Source of the DNA: Salinispira sp.
GTDB lineage: Bacteria; Spirochaetota; Spirochaetia; DSM-27196; Salinispiraceae
Assembly: GCA_965226555.1 (NCBI GenBank)
Contig: CBDDDG010000022.1
Coordinates: forward strand, 160,001-224,000
Length of the DNA stretch: 64,000 nucleotides
Direction of reading: 5' to 3'
Shown: positions 1-9,651 of the stretch, in pieces
How positions within the stretch are numbered: the stretch's first letter is position 1
Layout: every line of letters begins with the position of its first letter
Made by a program: the position numbers and the translations under genes
Notes under the pieces: generated by a model
Told to the model about the DNA's origin: nothing
Database searches by the model: none
Seen by the model: the letters and a program-made list of their open reading frames with translations, nothing else

Positions 1-490
1 GTTTTTTCCCGGTCGATAATCCCAGATCACATTAACAAGCCACTTTTTTCCGTTGTCATCGTGGAAAAGAGAGGGATCAAAGCCGGATGAGTTGAGGTAG
101 ATTGGTTCAGACCAGGGGCCGCGGACATCCGCTGCTGTTATCAGATAATTATGGGTATCTTTAAAACCGCCTCCGACATTGTCCGGTGTTCCTTCCCATT
201 CTTTTACATCGGTATAGATGAGATAAAACAATCCGTCGCAGGAGCTCAGGCAGGGTGCCCATATCCCCCCCCGATTTCGGATTCCCCCGCATATTGAGCT
301 GCGATTCACGGGTAATGGCATAGGATACAAGTTCCCAGTTCTGCAGATTCCGGCTGTGGTGTATCGGAACACCCGGCCAATATTCAAAACTGCTTGTCGC
401 AATGTAAAAATCGTCTCCAACCCGGCAGATCGAGGGATCGGGATGAAAGCCCTGCAGAACAGGGTTTTTCACGGCACACGATGTATCCAC
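1..490 (-). CDS. GH43 beta-xylosidase/arabinofuranosidase; runs off the window and has an apparent frameshift at the C8 tract (265-272)
   Basis: N-terminus [35 protein letters not shown] is typical GH43. Removing one base from the homopolymer restores GGIWAPCLS...FYLIYT...[28 protein letters not shown]. Confidence 0.85.
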
Positions 491-496
491 GAAAAA

Positions 497-1327
497 TTAT
501 CCCTTTATTGCGCCAATAGTGAGTCCGCGAATTATCGATTTTGAAAATGTAATAACGACGATGAGAATAGGAATAATGGAGATAGTTATTCCAAGATAAA
601 TAGCGCCGAAGTTTGTCTCGTACAGTCCCTTAATGTTCGACACGACCACCGGCATGGGAAATTTATTTGCTGATGTCAGAAGTACCAGAGGTGTGAGGAG
701 ATCATTCCATTTTCCAATGAAGGTGAAAATTGACATGGTTGCAATTGAGGGCATTGCAAGGGGAAGAATAATCCGCATAAAGATAAATCGTTCGCCGGCG
801 CCGTCAATAATGGCAGCCTCAATAAGGGAGTCAGAAATTGATGCCTCAATGTACGAGCGGATGAAGAATACCATGGCGGCGTTCGCTGCAGTCGGGAGGA
901 TGAGCGGGAGATAATTATCAATGAGCCTCAGTTTTGTTATGAGGTCATAGTATCCGATCAGCCCGAGCTGCTGGGGAATCATCATGGTGGAGAGTATCAG
1001 CCAGAAGAGTACTTCCTTTCCCCTGAAATGAAATTTTGCAAAGCCGTAGGCTGTCAGCGCTGAAAAAAATGCCGAGAGGAGTACCGAGGGGGCGGCGATA
1101 ATAAAGCTTGCGATAAAGCCCTGCCATATATTTACCCTGCTTTGGATAATTTCATAGTTTTCACGGAGGGCGCTGCCGGGGGTGAGCCAGAGACGCTGTG
1201 AAATTTCAACGTTGGTGTGTGTGGAATTTATAACCATCATATAAAAGGGCACAATGGAAAGTATTGCAAGCGTTATGAGAAAAATTCCGAGCAGAATGTT
1301 TTCTATGGGAGTTCGACGTTCGATCAT
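497..1327 (-). CDS. carbohydrate ABC transporter permease (MalG-type)
   Basis: Hydrophobic helices; EAA loop SLIEAAIIDGAGE. Confidence 0.93.
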   Translation of the reverse strand: MIERRTPIENILLGIFLITLAILSIVPFYMMVINSTHTNVEISQRLWLTPGSALRENYEIIQSRVNIWQGFIASFIIAAPSVLLSAFFSALTAYGFAKFHFRGKEVLFWLILSTMMIPQQLGLIGYYDLITKLRLIDNYLPLILPTAANAAMVFFIRSYIEASISDSLIEAAIIDGAGERFIFMRIILPLAMPSIATMSIFTFIGKWNDLLTPLVLLTSANKFPMPVVVSNIKGLYETNFGAIYLGITISIIPILIVVITFSKSIIRGLTIGAIKG

Positions 1328-2265
1328 GATATTTTACCTTTCCGGTTATCTCCAAGATATTTGAACAGAAGAATGGAGAAAAGGAGGATCATGAAAAAGA
1401 GGGTATAGGCAACCGATGCGGCATAACCGATGTTAAAATTTTTGAATGCCTGATTATAGAGATACAGCACCATGGTTGTAATGGCATTATCCGGCCCGCC
1501 GCGTGTGTCGGTGAGTACACGGGGAATGTCAAAAATCTGCATGCCGCCGATCAGAGAAGTAACAAGAACGTAGAGCATAATCGGCCTCAGAAGGGGAAGG
1601 GTAATTCCGAAGAAAACCTGAAGGCGTGTTGCCCCGTCAATAAAGGCAGCCTCGTAGAGATCTTCGCTTATTGAACTCAGCCCTGCCATAAAAATAATGG
1701 CTGTGTATCCAAACCATTGCCACCACTGAATAAAGGAAACCGTTCCCTGAGTAATAAGGCGGTTCTGAAGCCAGTTTATCGGTTCCTGAATGATCCCCAG
1801 ATCCTGAAGCACATGATTCACTGTTCCTGTCTGCCAGTCGAGAAGTACGGAGAAAAGCACCCCAATTGAGGCTGCCGTTACAAGGTTCGGCAGAAAGTAG
1901 ATGGTACGCAGGGTTTCTTTTCCCCGTATATTCCATTCATAGAGGATGACGGCGAGGATGAGGGCAAATACAAGCTGCGGAATGAAATTCATGAGCCAGA
2001 TAAACCAGGTATTGAAAATTGATTTGAGAAAGATTTCGTTTGTTAAAAGCCGCTGATAGTTAGCGAAACCAACGAATTCATTCTCAAATAAATTTATGGG
2101 GGAAGTCAGACTTAACCCGAAGGTATAAACAATGGGATATAGCTGAAATACAAGGGCAACAATGAAGAAGGGCATAATAAAGAGATAGCCCTTATTGTTT
2201 CTATTTGAAAAAAATGACCGTGCAGAAGATGATCGTGCAGAAGATAACGTAACAGAATGTTTCAT
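1324..2265 (-). CDS. carbohydrate ABC transporter permease (MalF-type)
   Basis: FVGFANY motif, EAA loop DLYEAAFIDGA, ITLPLLRP; overlaps the next gene by 4 nt. Confidence 0.93.
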   Translation of the reverse strand: MKHSVTLSSARSSSARSFFSNRNNKGYLFIMPFFIVALVFQLYPIVYTFGLSLTSPINLFENEFVGFANYQRLLTNEIFLKSIFNTWFIWLMNFIPQLVFALILAVILYEWNIRGKETLRTIYFLPNLVTAASIGVLFSVLLDWQTGTVNHVLQDLGIIQEPINWLQNRLITQGTVSFIQWWQWFGYTAIIFMAGLSSISEDLYEAAFIDGATRLQVFFGITLPLLRPIMLYVLVTSLIGGMQIFDIPRVLTDTRGGPDNAITTMVLYLYNQAFKNFNIGYAASVAYTLFFMILLFSILLFKYLGDNRKGKIS

Positions 2266-2304
2266 GGCGCCTTCTTATCTGAGTTTCTATGTACTCAGAG
2301 ATAG

Positions 2305-2336
2305 TAATCCTTCTTCCCCGTAGGGAAGAAGGATTA
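2305..2336 (-). terminator. intergenic stem-loop after the substrate-binding gene (attenuating terminator or mRNA stabiliser)
   Basis: Perfect 14 bp inverted repeat TAATCCTTCTTCCC-cgta-GGGAAGAAGGATTA. Confidence 0.7.
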
Positions 2337-2350
2337 GTGTTTATGAAAAA

Positions 2351-3679
2351 TTATTGCATTATGACAACATTTACATTGGGAAGTATATCGGCAATAGCAA
2401 GAGTGAAATCATCGAATGCTTCCTGCAATGTTTTTTGTCCGTTTGCATAGGGTTCAACCTGATCGCCCCAAGCATTTTGAATCTGGAAGTCCCAGGGTCC
2501 AACACGGGAAACATCAATTTTCTGAGCCTCGTTAAAGAAGTACTCATAATGATTTTGCCTGCCGAGGAAGGGATCGGAAAAGCCCGGTTTTATTTCTTCA
2601 ACAACCGAAATGTTGCCGACAAAGTCGCCGGTTTCTTCTGCCCAGAATCTGGCAAAATCGGGGTCGCTTCCAACATGCTGCACAAAGGCCCATGCAAGGT
2701 CTTTGTTGTTGCTGAAACGGTTTATGCCGATCCAGGTTCCGCCCCAGTTATAGGGAGCGGGAGGAACAGCCAGCCCCCAGTCGCCGGTAAATTCGGCGTC
2801 GCCTGCGGCAGCTTCGGGTTCAGCATTGGGTTTGAGCACATAATGGAGCCCCCAAGTTGGGAGAATGTACGAAAATACCGAGGCATCTGCCATGGAAGAG
2901 AACCATGCCGGAGTCCAAGTACCAATTCCGCCTTCAATGTCGTTGCTCCGCATTTCGCGGGCAAGTTTCATGAATCCGACAAGCGATTCGGGAATGGTAA
3001 GAGTTTCGTCCTGCACATAGGGTTCAGTTCGTTGATTATATACGAATTCTGCCATATCCGGATAACCTGCAACGAGAAAGCGCTCTCCGCCATAGTAATC
3101 GCGGATTTTTTCACCCAGTTCATAGTATTTGTTGATGTCGCTTGTCCATTTGGAAACTTCAGCGGGATCATCAGTACCGAGAACATCCCGGGCAATGCTT
3201 CTCCTATAGAAAAGAGCGCCGGGAGTTGCCTGCCATGAAAGAGCGGTAATTTTGTCATTTTCATCGCGTGAAAGGTCAACAACATAGGGAACCAGATCAT
3301 CAACCAGATTTTCAGCATTGTAGGGCGCATCGGAAATGGGCTCCCAAAAGCCTGCTTCAATAAACTGCTTGAAGAATGCCGCCTCACCGGTGAAAACATC
3401 GGGTATATCGCTGCGGGAACGAAGTGTGGTTACTACCTTATTAAGGTATACTTCATCCTGATTCGGTATAACAACAAATTCAACCTCAATACCGGGGTAT
3501 TTTGCGTTAAAATTATCAATCATCCCACCGACCTCATCGGTGAATGACCATACAACAATTTTCCCTGTAAAGTCCTCAGGGTTTACATCGGCTACCGACT
3601 CCCCTGAACCACCGCCGAAGAGTGGAAGGGACATTAGTATGAATATGGCAGATATTACTGCCGCTATTCTCAATTTCAT
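2351..3679 (-). CDS. sugar ABC transporter substrate-binding protein
   Basis: Signal peptide MKLRIAAVISAIFILMSLPLFGGG preceded by AGGAGG; IVVWSF, PDVF, LFYRRS and WGGTWIGI motifs. Confidence 0.9.
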   Translation of the reverse strand: MKLRIAAVISAIFILMSLPLFGGGSGESVADVNPEDFTGKIVVWSFTDEVGGMIDNFNAKYPGIEVEFVVIPNQDEVYLNKVVTTLRSRSDIPDVFTGEAAFFKQFIEAGFWEPISDAPYNAENLVDDLVPYVVDLSRDENDKITALSWQATPGALFYRRSIARDVLGTDDPAEVSKWTSDINKYYELGEKIRDYYGGERFLVAGYPDMAEFVYNQRTEPYVQDETLTIPESLVGFMKLAREMRSNDIEGGIGTWTPAWFSSMADASVFSYILPTWGLHYVLKPNAEPEAAAGDAEFTGDWGLAVPPAPYNWGGTWIGINRFSNNKDLAWAFVQHVGSDPDFARFWAEETGDFVGNISVVEEIKPGFSDPFLGRQNHYEYFFNEAQKIDVSRVGPWDFQIQNAWGDQVEPYANGQKTLQEAFDDFTLAIADILPNVNVVIMQ

Positions 3680-3782
3680 AGAAATCCTCCTGTTTGACTG
3701 CCCGGAATTATTCCCCGAGCAGTACTTAACGTGTATCCTAGCATAATTAATAATGCCTGTAAAGTACAATTTGATATTTATT

Positions 3783-3812
3783 TACATACAAATACAATTT
3801 TATTTGTATGTA
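3783..3812. promoter_or_regulatory. operator-like inverted repeat in the divergent promoter region
   Basis: TACATACAAATA-caattt-TATTTGTATGTA; the arms resemble the AraR-type ATTTGTACGTACAAAT box, and the site lies next to an AraR-like regulator. Confidence 0.65.
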
Positions 3813-3843
3813 TTGTTGATATTTGACTCAATACCATAGTAGA

Positions 3844-4962
3844 ATGGACAATGTGAACCCTCAGACGCTCCCTTCATATATGCAGGTTGAACAGCAAATT
3901 ATTGCCTTGCTCAGTAAAGGCAATTTTAATTTTGGAGATCGCCTGCCGACAGAGCATAAGCTTATGCAGATGTTTTCCGTGAGCCGGACAACAGTCCGTA
4001 GAGCTCTGCAGCTCATCGAAGCACAAGGAATTGTATCGCGTAATCAGGGAAGCGGTACATTTTACGCGGTGAAAGATACCCTGCGGAAAGATACTCCGTC
4101 TACCCGCACCCTCGGTCTGATAAATTTTTTCTTTATGGATTACATTTATGTGGAGATAATTCGGGGTATTGAAGATGAAATAGAACGCGCCGGTTATTCC
4201 CTGCTCATTGCCAACAGTAACCGCAGTGAGGAAAGGCAGTTTGAGGCAATCCGTCATCTTATTGATCAGAAGGTCAGCGGACTCATTATTGAACCGAAGC
4301 GGAACCTTACAATGACAGAGAGCGACCCTCTTGTGCGCCTTTTCAGTAATACGGATATTCCTGTTGTTACTACGCACTGGGGTATTGGCGTCAAACGGTT
4401 TTCCACCGTGACTCTGGACGATCTGTACGCAGGAAAGATGGCAGGCGATTATCTTATCGGGATGGGACACGAGAGAATTGCTTATATCTACAAAAAAAAT
4501 GTTCAGGCAAGTTATGACCGCATGGAAGGATTAAAGAATGCTCTGGAGGCGGCAGGTCTCACGCTTGATCAGCGCTATGTGTTTTCATACACAGACGAAG
4601 AAGAGGTAGAAGATGTACATCAGGGATATGTGCAGACCCTCAGGTTATATGCGTCCTGCGATCCTGCGCCGACCGCTATTTTTTATTTTAATGATAACAT
4701 TGCAATTCAGGGCTATCGGGCACTTGCGCAATTGAAGCTGCGGGTTCCCGAGGATGTATCGGTAATTGGATTTGACGATTATCATATATCTTCTCTGGTG
4801 GTTCCTCCCCTGACAACCTTTGAACATCCGAAATATGACCTCGGCCGATGGACGGCAAAAATACTTATTGATGAGATTGAATATAAAGCGACCGCTCTCC
4901 CCATGAAGCTGCTTTTTGAACCGCGCCTTATTGAGCGGGGTTCTGTGAGGACTCTGAAATGA
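3844..4962 (+). CDS. AraR-like repressor (GntR HTH + LacI-type sugar-binding domain)
   Basis: GDRLPTEHKLMQMFSVSRTTVRRAL...QGSGTF HTH, then a periplasmic-binding fold ending VPEDVSVIGFDD...PPLTT. Confidence 0.9.
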   Translation: MDNVNPQTLPSYMQVEQQIIALLSKGNFNFGDRLPTEHKLMQMFSVSRTTVRRALQLIEAQGIVSRNQGSGTFYAVKDTLRKDTPSTRTLGLINFFFMDYIYVEIIRGIEDEIERAGYSLLIANSNRSEERQFEAIRHLIDQKVSGLIIEPKRNLTMTESDPLVRLFSNTDIPVVTTHWGIGVKRFSTVTLDDLYAGKMAGDYLIGMGHERIAYIYKKNVQASYDRMEGLKNALEAAGLTLDQRYVFSYTDEEEVEDVHQGYVQTLRLYASCDPAPTAIFYFNDNIAIQGYRALAQLKLRVPEDVSVIGFDDYHISSLVVPPLTTFEHPKYDLGRWTAKILIDEIEYKATALPMKLLFEPRLIERGSVRTLK

Positions 4963-5245
4963 AGACAGTTATCGGTATAGACCTCGGTACCCAGAGTTCG
5001 AAAATCCTCATGTATGACTATGATAAACGGCGTATCGCGGCGCGTGCATCGGCTTCCCATGATCTCATAAGCGGCGATGCGGGCAGGAGTGAGCAGGAAT
5101 CATCATGGTGGATTGATGCGCGCTTGAGGATCTCTGCAACATTGCAGCGGCGCAGGGCGAAATACCGCTGACAAGCGGTCATCAGGAACTCATTGAGAAC
5201 ATTGTTAACCAGCATTCAGATCAAGAATGCTCTCTATGTGCTTAG
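4959..5245 (+). pseudogene. deletion scar joining a xylulokinase (xylB) N-terminus to a xylose isomerase (xylA) C-terminus
   Basis: MKTVIGIDLGTQSSK...GRSEQESSWWIDA is an FGGY kinase start. From about 5120 another frame reads ALEDLCNIAAAQGEIPLTSGHQELIENIVNQH, which resembles the class II XylA C-terminus (SGRQE.LEN.VN.Y). Confidence 0.72.
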
Positions 5246-5326
5246 CATTCTCCTATTTGATGTGAGAAATTAGTACGCGCTTCCGTCTGCCCGAGCCTTC
5301 GGGTCGGACTCATGCGCTCCGCGTGC

Positions 5327-6775
5327 TTATTCTGCTGCCGTGGGCGGGCGGGCTCCGGTCGCTAAGTCGTAGGCAAGGATTTTTCCAGAACCGCCCACCC
5401 ACATTGTTGTTCCATCCGACCAGATGCCAGCGGGGGTAGTAATCCCGGCAGTAGAAAGTATGGAAGCAGCAAAGTCTTTTGAATCATCGTAGGTTACCGT
5501 AATAGCGCCTGCGGCGTTTATTGAGTAGTCATAGGCATAGATTTTTTTATCCTTTTCATCCGTTATCCACATCGTTGCTCCGTTTGACCATATACTAAAA
5601 GGGCTATCAGTCTCAGTAGCAGAAAAATTCTTTGATGCCTTGTAAGTCATATCAATATTGCCTTCGGTGTTTATCGCGTAGTCATAGGCATAGATTGTTT
5701 CATCTGTATCTGCCACCCACATAGTTGTCCCATTCGACCATATACCACGGACATTTGAACCCCCGTTACTAGTGACAAATTCTTTTGACTCATCGCGTGC
5801 CTTACTCGTTATGTTGTAGGCATAGATTTTCCTAGACACTACATCCGCCACCCACATAGTTGTTCCATCCGACCAGATGCCAGTGGGGTAATTATTCCCG
5901 GCAGTAGTAAGTGTGTTAGTACTGAATTCTTTTGTTGTATCCTGTTCTTTGGTAATCATGTTGTAGGCATAAATGTGTTTATCATCATAATCCAGTACCC
6001 ACATTGTTGTGCCATCCGAAAAGATATCTGTAATTTTCTCATTCGCGGCGGCAAGAACAAGGAAATCGTCTCTGTGATTATCTTGGGAATTATATCCGTG
6101 CGCGTTATATCCGTACAGGTCATATTGACCTCCGGTTACCCGGTGATTACCGTCAGCATTGAAGCCGTTTATGTCATACCCGTTTATGTCGTAACCCTCG
6201 GCGTTAAAACCGTCTTTGTCATAACCCTGTTCGTCATAACCATCATCGTTGTATTTCTTTCCGTTACGATGATTGCCGTCTGCATTGAAACCGGCAGCAT
6301 TGTAACCGTCTGCTTTATAACCATTTCTATTGTAGCCATTTGCATTGTAGCCGTCTTTGTTGTAGCCCTCCGCATCGTAACCATCTGCGTTATAGCCATC
6401 AATATCGTAACCGGCAGCATTGTAACCGTCTTTGTCGTAACCGTAGAGGTTGTATTCCGTGCCGGTGTCGCGGTGTTTGCCCGCAGCATTAAAGCCTTCT
6501 GCGTTATAACCTGTTTTGTCATAGCCATCATCGTTGTATTTCGTGCCGTTACGATGATTACCGTCAGCATTAAAACCGGCTGCATTGTAGCCGTCTTTGT
6601 CGTAACCGTAGAGGTCGTATTCCGTGCCGGTGATATAGTGAATACCATCGTCATAGAACCCCCACATGTCGCAGGCGGTGAGCAGTATTCCCGCAATAAA
6701 AAATGCCGTGAGCGCGTACAATCCGAAACATTTCTGCGCGGAATGCTTCCGGTGTTTAATGTTCAAATTCTTCAT
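5327..6775 (-). CDS. repeat-rich surface lipoprotein (G-Y-D/N-x-x pentapeptide-like repeats plus GIWSDGTTMWV propeller-like repeats)
   Basis: GGAGG before ATG 6775; lipobox LLTA-C; dozens of GYD/GYN repeats; five (G)IWS(D/N)G(T/A)TMW(V/I)...IYAY-type blades. Confidence 0.8.
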   Translation of the reverse strand: MKNLNIKHRKHSAQKCFGLYALTAFFIAGILLTACDMWGFYDDGIHYITGTEYDLYGYDKDGYNAAGFNADGNHRNGTKYNDDGYDKTGYNAEGFNAAGKHRDTGTEYNLYGYDKDGYNAAGYDIDGYNADGYDAEGYNKDGYNANGYNRNGYKADGYNAAGFNADGNHRNGKKYNDDGYDEQGYDKDGFNAEGYDINGYDINGFNADGNHRVTGGQYDLYGYNAHGYNSQDNHRDDFLVLAAANEKITDIFSDGTTMWVLDYDDKHIYAYNMITKEQDTTKEFSTNTLTTAGNNYPTGIWSDGTTMWVADVVSRKIYAYNITSKARDESKEFVTSNGGSNVRGIWSNGTTMWVADTDETIYAYDYAINTEGNIDMTYKASKNFSATETDSPFSIWSNGATMWITDEKDKKIYAYDYSINAAGAITVTYDDSKDFAASILSTAGITTPAGIWSDGTTMWVGGSGKILAYDLATGARPPTAAE

Positions 6776-6828
6776 GAATTTCCTCCATATAGGGTAAAGT
6801 ATAATGCAGGCATAAGCCAAGGTCAAGC

Positions 6829-7777
6829 AGAAATTTTTCAAAGAATGGGATAGAAACTTTTGCTACTGAAAGTTTTGACTCAGGAAAACCTTTATCAATG
6901 CCAGAACTTCCCCAACAAATTTTTTCAGACCATTGGTGGAACTCTCATACACATTCATGATCTACTAATCATCAACACATCACAGAATTCCTGAGTATTT
7001 TACTCATTGAAACTTTTGCATTGGAAAATTGTGCAAGCACAATTTCAATTTTACTGAAATTATACCTGAACATAGTCTTCTTTGCACGCAAAATGAGCAT
7101 ACCCCTTCGAAAATACACTTATGCGCGGTATAATTCCCATTATTACGGGAGGGGAATTATGTGAAACTTTTGCTCTGCAAAATTTTCCAATGAGGATTCT
7201 CCCATCACAGAAAATTGTGCAGAGCACAATTTTCCAATAAGGATTCTCTCATCCATATTCTTGATTCCCTCAAGGTATAGAAAGTTTTGCCACAGGCAAA
7301 ACTTTGTTATATTCTTGATTCTCTCATTGTGTAGAAAGTTTTGCCTTGGAAAATTGCGCAAGCACAATTTCCAGTAGCAAAACTTTATATGTGTTCTCAG
7401 AAAAAGTGTTGCCCGAACCTTTATTCAAAGGCTCGGACAGATGCTGAAAACAACCAATTTAACCGACCCTCGGAAACGACCGGTTGTTCAGCTATCACAA
7501 ATAATGGCTCTCATTATATCGATGCCGTTATTTTCATGCAAGAGTCTGTTTGATCTCGATTATCTGGCTCGGAATAAAACTGTGCGTCAAGCAAAATTTC
7601 AATCTTACTGAAAATTATACCTGATCATAGTCTCCTTTGCACGCAAAATGAGCATACCCTATTCGAAAATCCACTTATGCGCGGTACAATTCTCATTATT
7701 ACGGTAGGGGACTATAAGAAACTTTTGCTACTGAAAGTTTTGCATCAGGCAAACCTTTATCAATGCAAAAATTTCAA
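6829..7777. repeat. AT-rich mosaic of degenerate palindromes and direct repeats
   Basis: About 140 bp duplicated (about 7035-7175 vs 7588-7730); 6852-6901 repeated at about 7717-7766; many GAAA(C/G)TTTTGC...GCAAAA(C/A)TTT units. Confidence 0.8.
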
Positions 7778-7920
7778 TTATTCATTCACGTTTAATGTGC
7801 TGATTTCATCTTTGTAGTAGTTGTTTTCTTTTTCTACATACACTTTATAAGCTCGCAGAACAGTGTTCAGATCAGTGCCCTGCAAATGGATGATCTTGCT
7901 TCGAAAATTCGGACAATCCG

Positions 7921-8805
7921 CTAAGCAACACAACAGGATTCTCCTGCTGTTTTCAAAGCATAATTCATCGGACTCATATAGTCAAGAGAAGAATGAAGCC
8001 TCTCTCGGTTATACCAGTTGATGTATTCAAAAACTATCTTCCGCGCCTCCTGAAGGTTCTGAAACCTCGGCTTACCAAGCTCATTCTTCAGCGTGTGGAA
8101 AAAACTTTCCACAAAGGCATTATCGTAGCAATTCCCCCTTCTCGACATCGACTGGGTAATATGTAACATTTCCAGTTTGTCTCGAATGCTCTGCGCGCAA
8201 TACTGCGTTCCCTGATCTGAATGAAAGACCAAGCTATTCAACTCCCCGGGAGTTCTCCGTACGGCCTGTAACAGAGCCTTTTCCGTCTGTGTGCTCTCCA
8301 TGGAATCACTGACATTCCAGCCCGTAATTTCCCGGGTATAGATGTCCAGAACCACAACAAGGTACGCAAATCCTGCGCCGGCGGGCAGGTACGTGAGGTC
8401 CGATGCCCAGACCTCATTCGCTTTCGTAACCGTGGAGCTTTCAATGCGAAACACCCGCGGAGACTTCTTCTGGGATGGATTGCTCATTGTTGTTCGCGGG
8501 CGATATGCCTTCGTTCTCCCCGCATTGAGCCCCGATTCCCTCATAAGCCGGGCGACTCGGTTCCTCCCGATTGCTTCACCATGAAGATGCAGCAGCCGGT
8601 GAATTCGGGGCGAACCGTAGCATCCCTTATTTTCAGTATACACACGCAGGATTTTACCCGTAAGCTCATCATCCCTGCGGGTGTTTTTGGACGGTTCTCT
8701 CTTAAGCCAGTCATAGAATCCCGAGCTGGACACCTTCAGAAGTTTGCAGCATGGTGCAACAGCATGTCCGGTCTGCTTCAGCTGCTCAATTCCTCGATAC
8801 TTCAT
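7921..8805 (-). CDS. IS3 transposase OrfB (DDE integrase core)
   Basis: YGSPRI, WASDLTY, FHSDQGTQY, SRRGNCYDNAFVESFFHTLKNE, YNRERLHSSL. Confidence 0.95.
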   Translation of the reverse strand: MKYRGIEQLKQTGHAVAPCCKLLKVSSSGFYDWLKREPSKNTRRDDELTGKILRVYTENKGCYGSPRIHRLLHLHGEAIGRNRVARLMRESGLNAGRTKAYRPRTTMSNPSQKKSPRVFRIESSTVTKANEVWASDLTYLPAGAGFAYLVVVLDIYTREITGWNVSDSMESTQTEKALLQAVRRTPGELNSLVFHSDQGTQYCAQSIRDKLEMLHITQSMSRRGNCYDNAFVESFFHTLKNELGKPRFQNLQEARKIVFEYINWYNRERLHSSLDYMSPMNYALKTAGESCCVA

Positions 8806-9092
8806 TTCAGGCTCTCCTTTCTGCAAAAAAAAACCATTGCATCATTGAGTATTGCCACCGCCTTTTTCTCGGCGCGCAGTTCCTTTCTCAATCGTTTGTT
8901 CTCGGCCAGGGCTTCCTGAAGTTCCCGAAACTCGGGACCTTTCTGGTCGTTCCGAACCCATTTCGCGAGGGTATGATAACTTGCTATACCCAGCTTTTCC
9001 GTCGCCTGCTTCGTGCCAATTTCTTTGGCAAGCTCCACAGCCTGTTCCTTAAAATCCTCAGCATAGAATTTTCTGACTTTCCGTGTTTCCAT
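8802..9092 (-). CDS. IS3 transposase OrfA (HTH)
   Basis: RKFYAEDFKEQAVEL HTH and leucine-zipper tail; ATGA overlap with OrfB; a T9 tract positioned for a -1 frameshift into OrfB. Confidence 0.9.
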   Translation of the reverse strand: METRKVRKFYAEDFKEQAVELAKEIGTKQATEKLGIASYHTLAKWVRNDQKGPEFRELQEALAENKRLRKELRAEKKAVAILNDAMVFFCRKESLK

Positions 9093-9348
9093 AACACTCT
9101 CCTCTCCCTATAGTATCGTGCTTAGAAGAGTGTCCGTTAAATCGAAGCAAGATCATGGATAATACTTCCATCGTCATAACACACATTAATCTCATAATTT
9201 GTACCCATTACAATACTTTTGACACCTTCAATACGAAAACTGCCAACCTCAGGAATTTCTACCATAGGCTTGTACATATTTATCTTCCTCACACAATGAC
9301 ATTATATAATATTTTTTAAATTAAACCAAGATAAAGAAAAATACTACT

Positions 9349-9377
9349 AGAAACTTTTGCATTTTGTAAAACTTTCT
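9349..9377. repeat. copy of the dispersed 29 bp palindrome (IS5-end-like)
   Basis: AGAAACTTTTGCATTTTGTAAAACTTTCT. Confidence 0.75.
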
Positions 9378-9477
9378 CATTGTAATATACGACAATTCAC
9401 CCATACACGCGCCATATTCCGCAAAAATTTCTGGTAATTTTTATTTAAATGTAGTATGGTTCCGATTGGAGGGCATT

Positions 9478-9651
9478 ATGAATATTAAGCAGATTGAAGA
9501 TATTTACAGAGAAATGGGTATTGGTTCTCGGGAAGAACGTGAACGCTTCCTACAGTGGCAATATACAGATTCACAGAAATCACAATCGAAATTTATTATA
9601 ATTATTGACACGGACAATACAACTGATCCCCTAGTATTAGAGGATTATTGA
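9478..9651 (+). CDS. small hypothetical protein coupled to the downstream protease
   Basis: GGAGGG RBS; stop overlaps the next ATG (TGATG). Confidence 0.55.
   Translation: MNIKQIEDIYREMGIGSREERERFLQWQYTDSQKSQSKFIIIIDTDNTTDPLVLEDY

Larger units (their letters stand above)
7891..9155 (-). mobile_element. IS3-family insertion sequence, 1265 bp, apparently intact
   Basis: Terminal IRs TGATCTTGCTTCGA...CGGACA at both ends; 4 bp target duplication TGGA (7887-7890 and 9156-9159). Confidence 0.95.
7778..9277 (-). pseudogene. 76 aa hypothetical gene interrupted by the IS3 element
   Basis: Removing the IS and one TGGA copy gives an open frame MYKPMVEIPEVGSFRIEGVKSIVMGTNYEINVCYDDGSIIHLQGTDLNTVLRAYKVYVEKENNYYKDEISTLNVNE*, with AGGAAG upstream. 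Confidence 0.7.

Noticed and set aside
2354..3238. Long antisense ORFs (also 5975-6853, 16611-17384, 19341-20138, 24291-25034, 36163-37035, 52640-53686)
   Set aside because: They shadow well-supported genes on the opposite strand and show no recognisable motifs.
6829..7777. Possible CRISPR or integron attC array
   Set aside because: Repeats are irregular in length and spacing, there are no unique spacers or cassette ORFs, and no integrase or cas gene is nearby.
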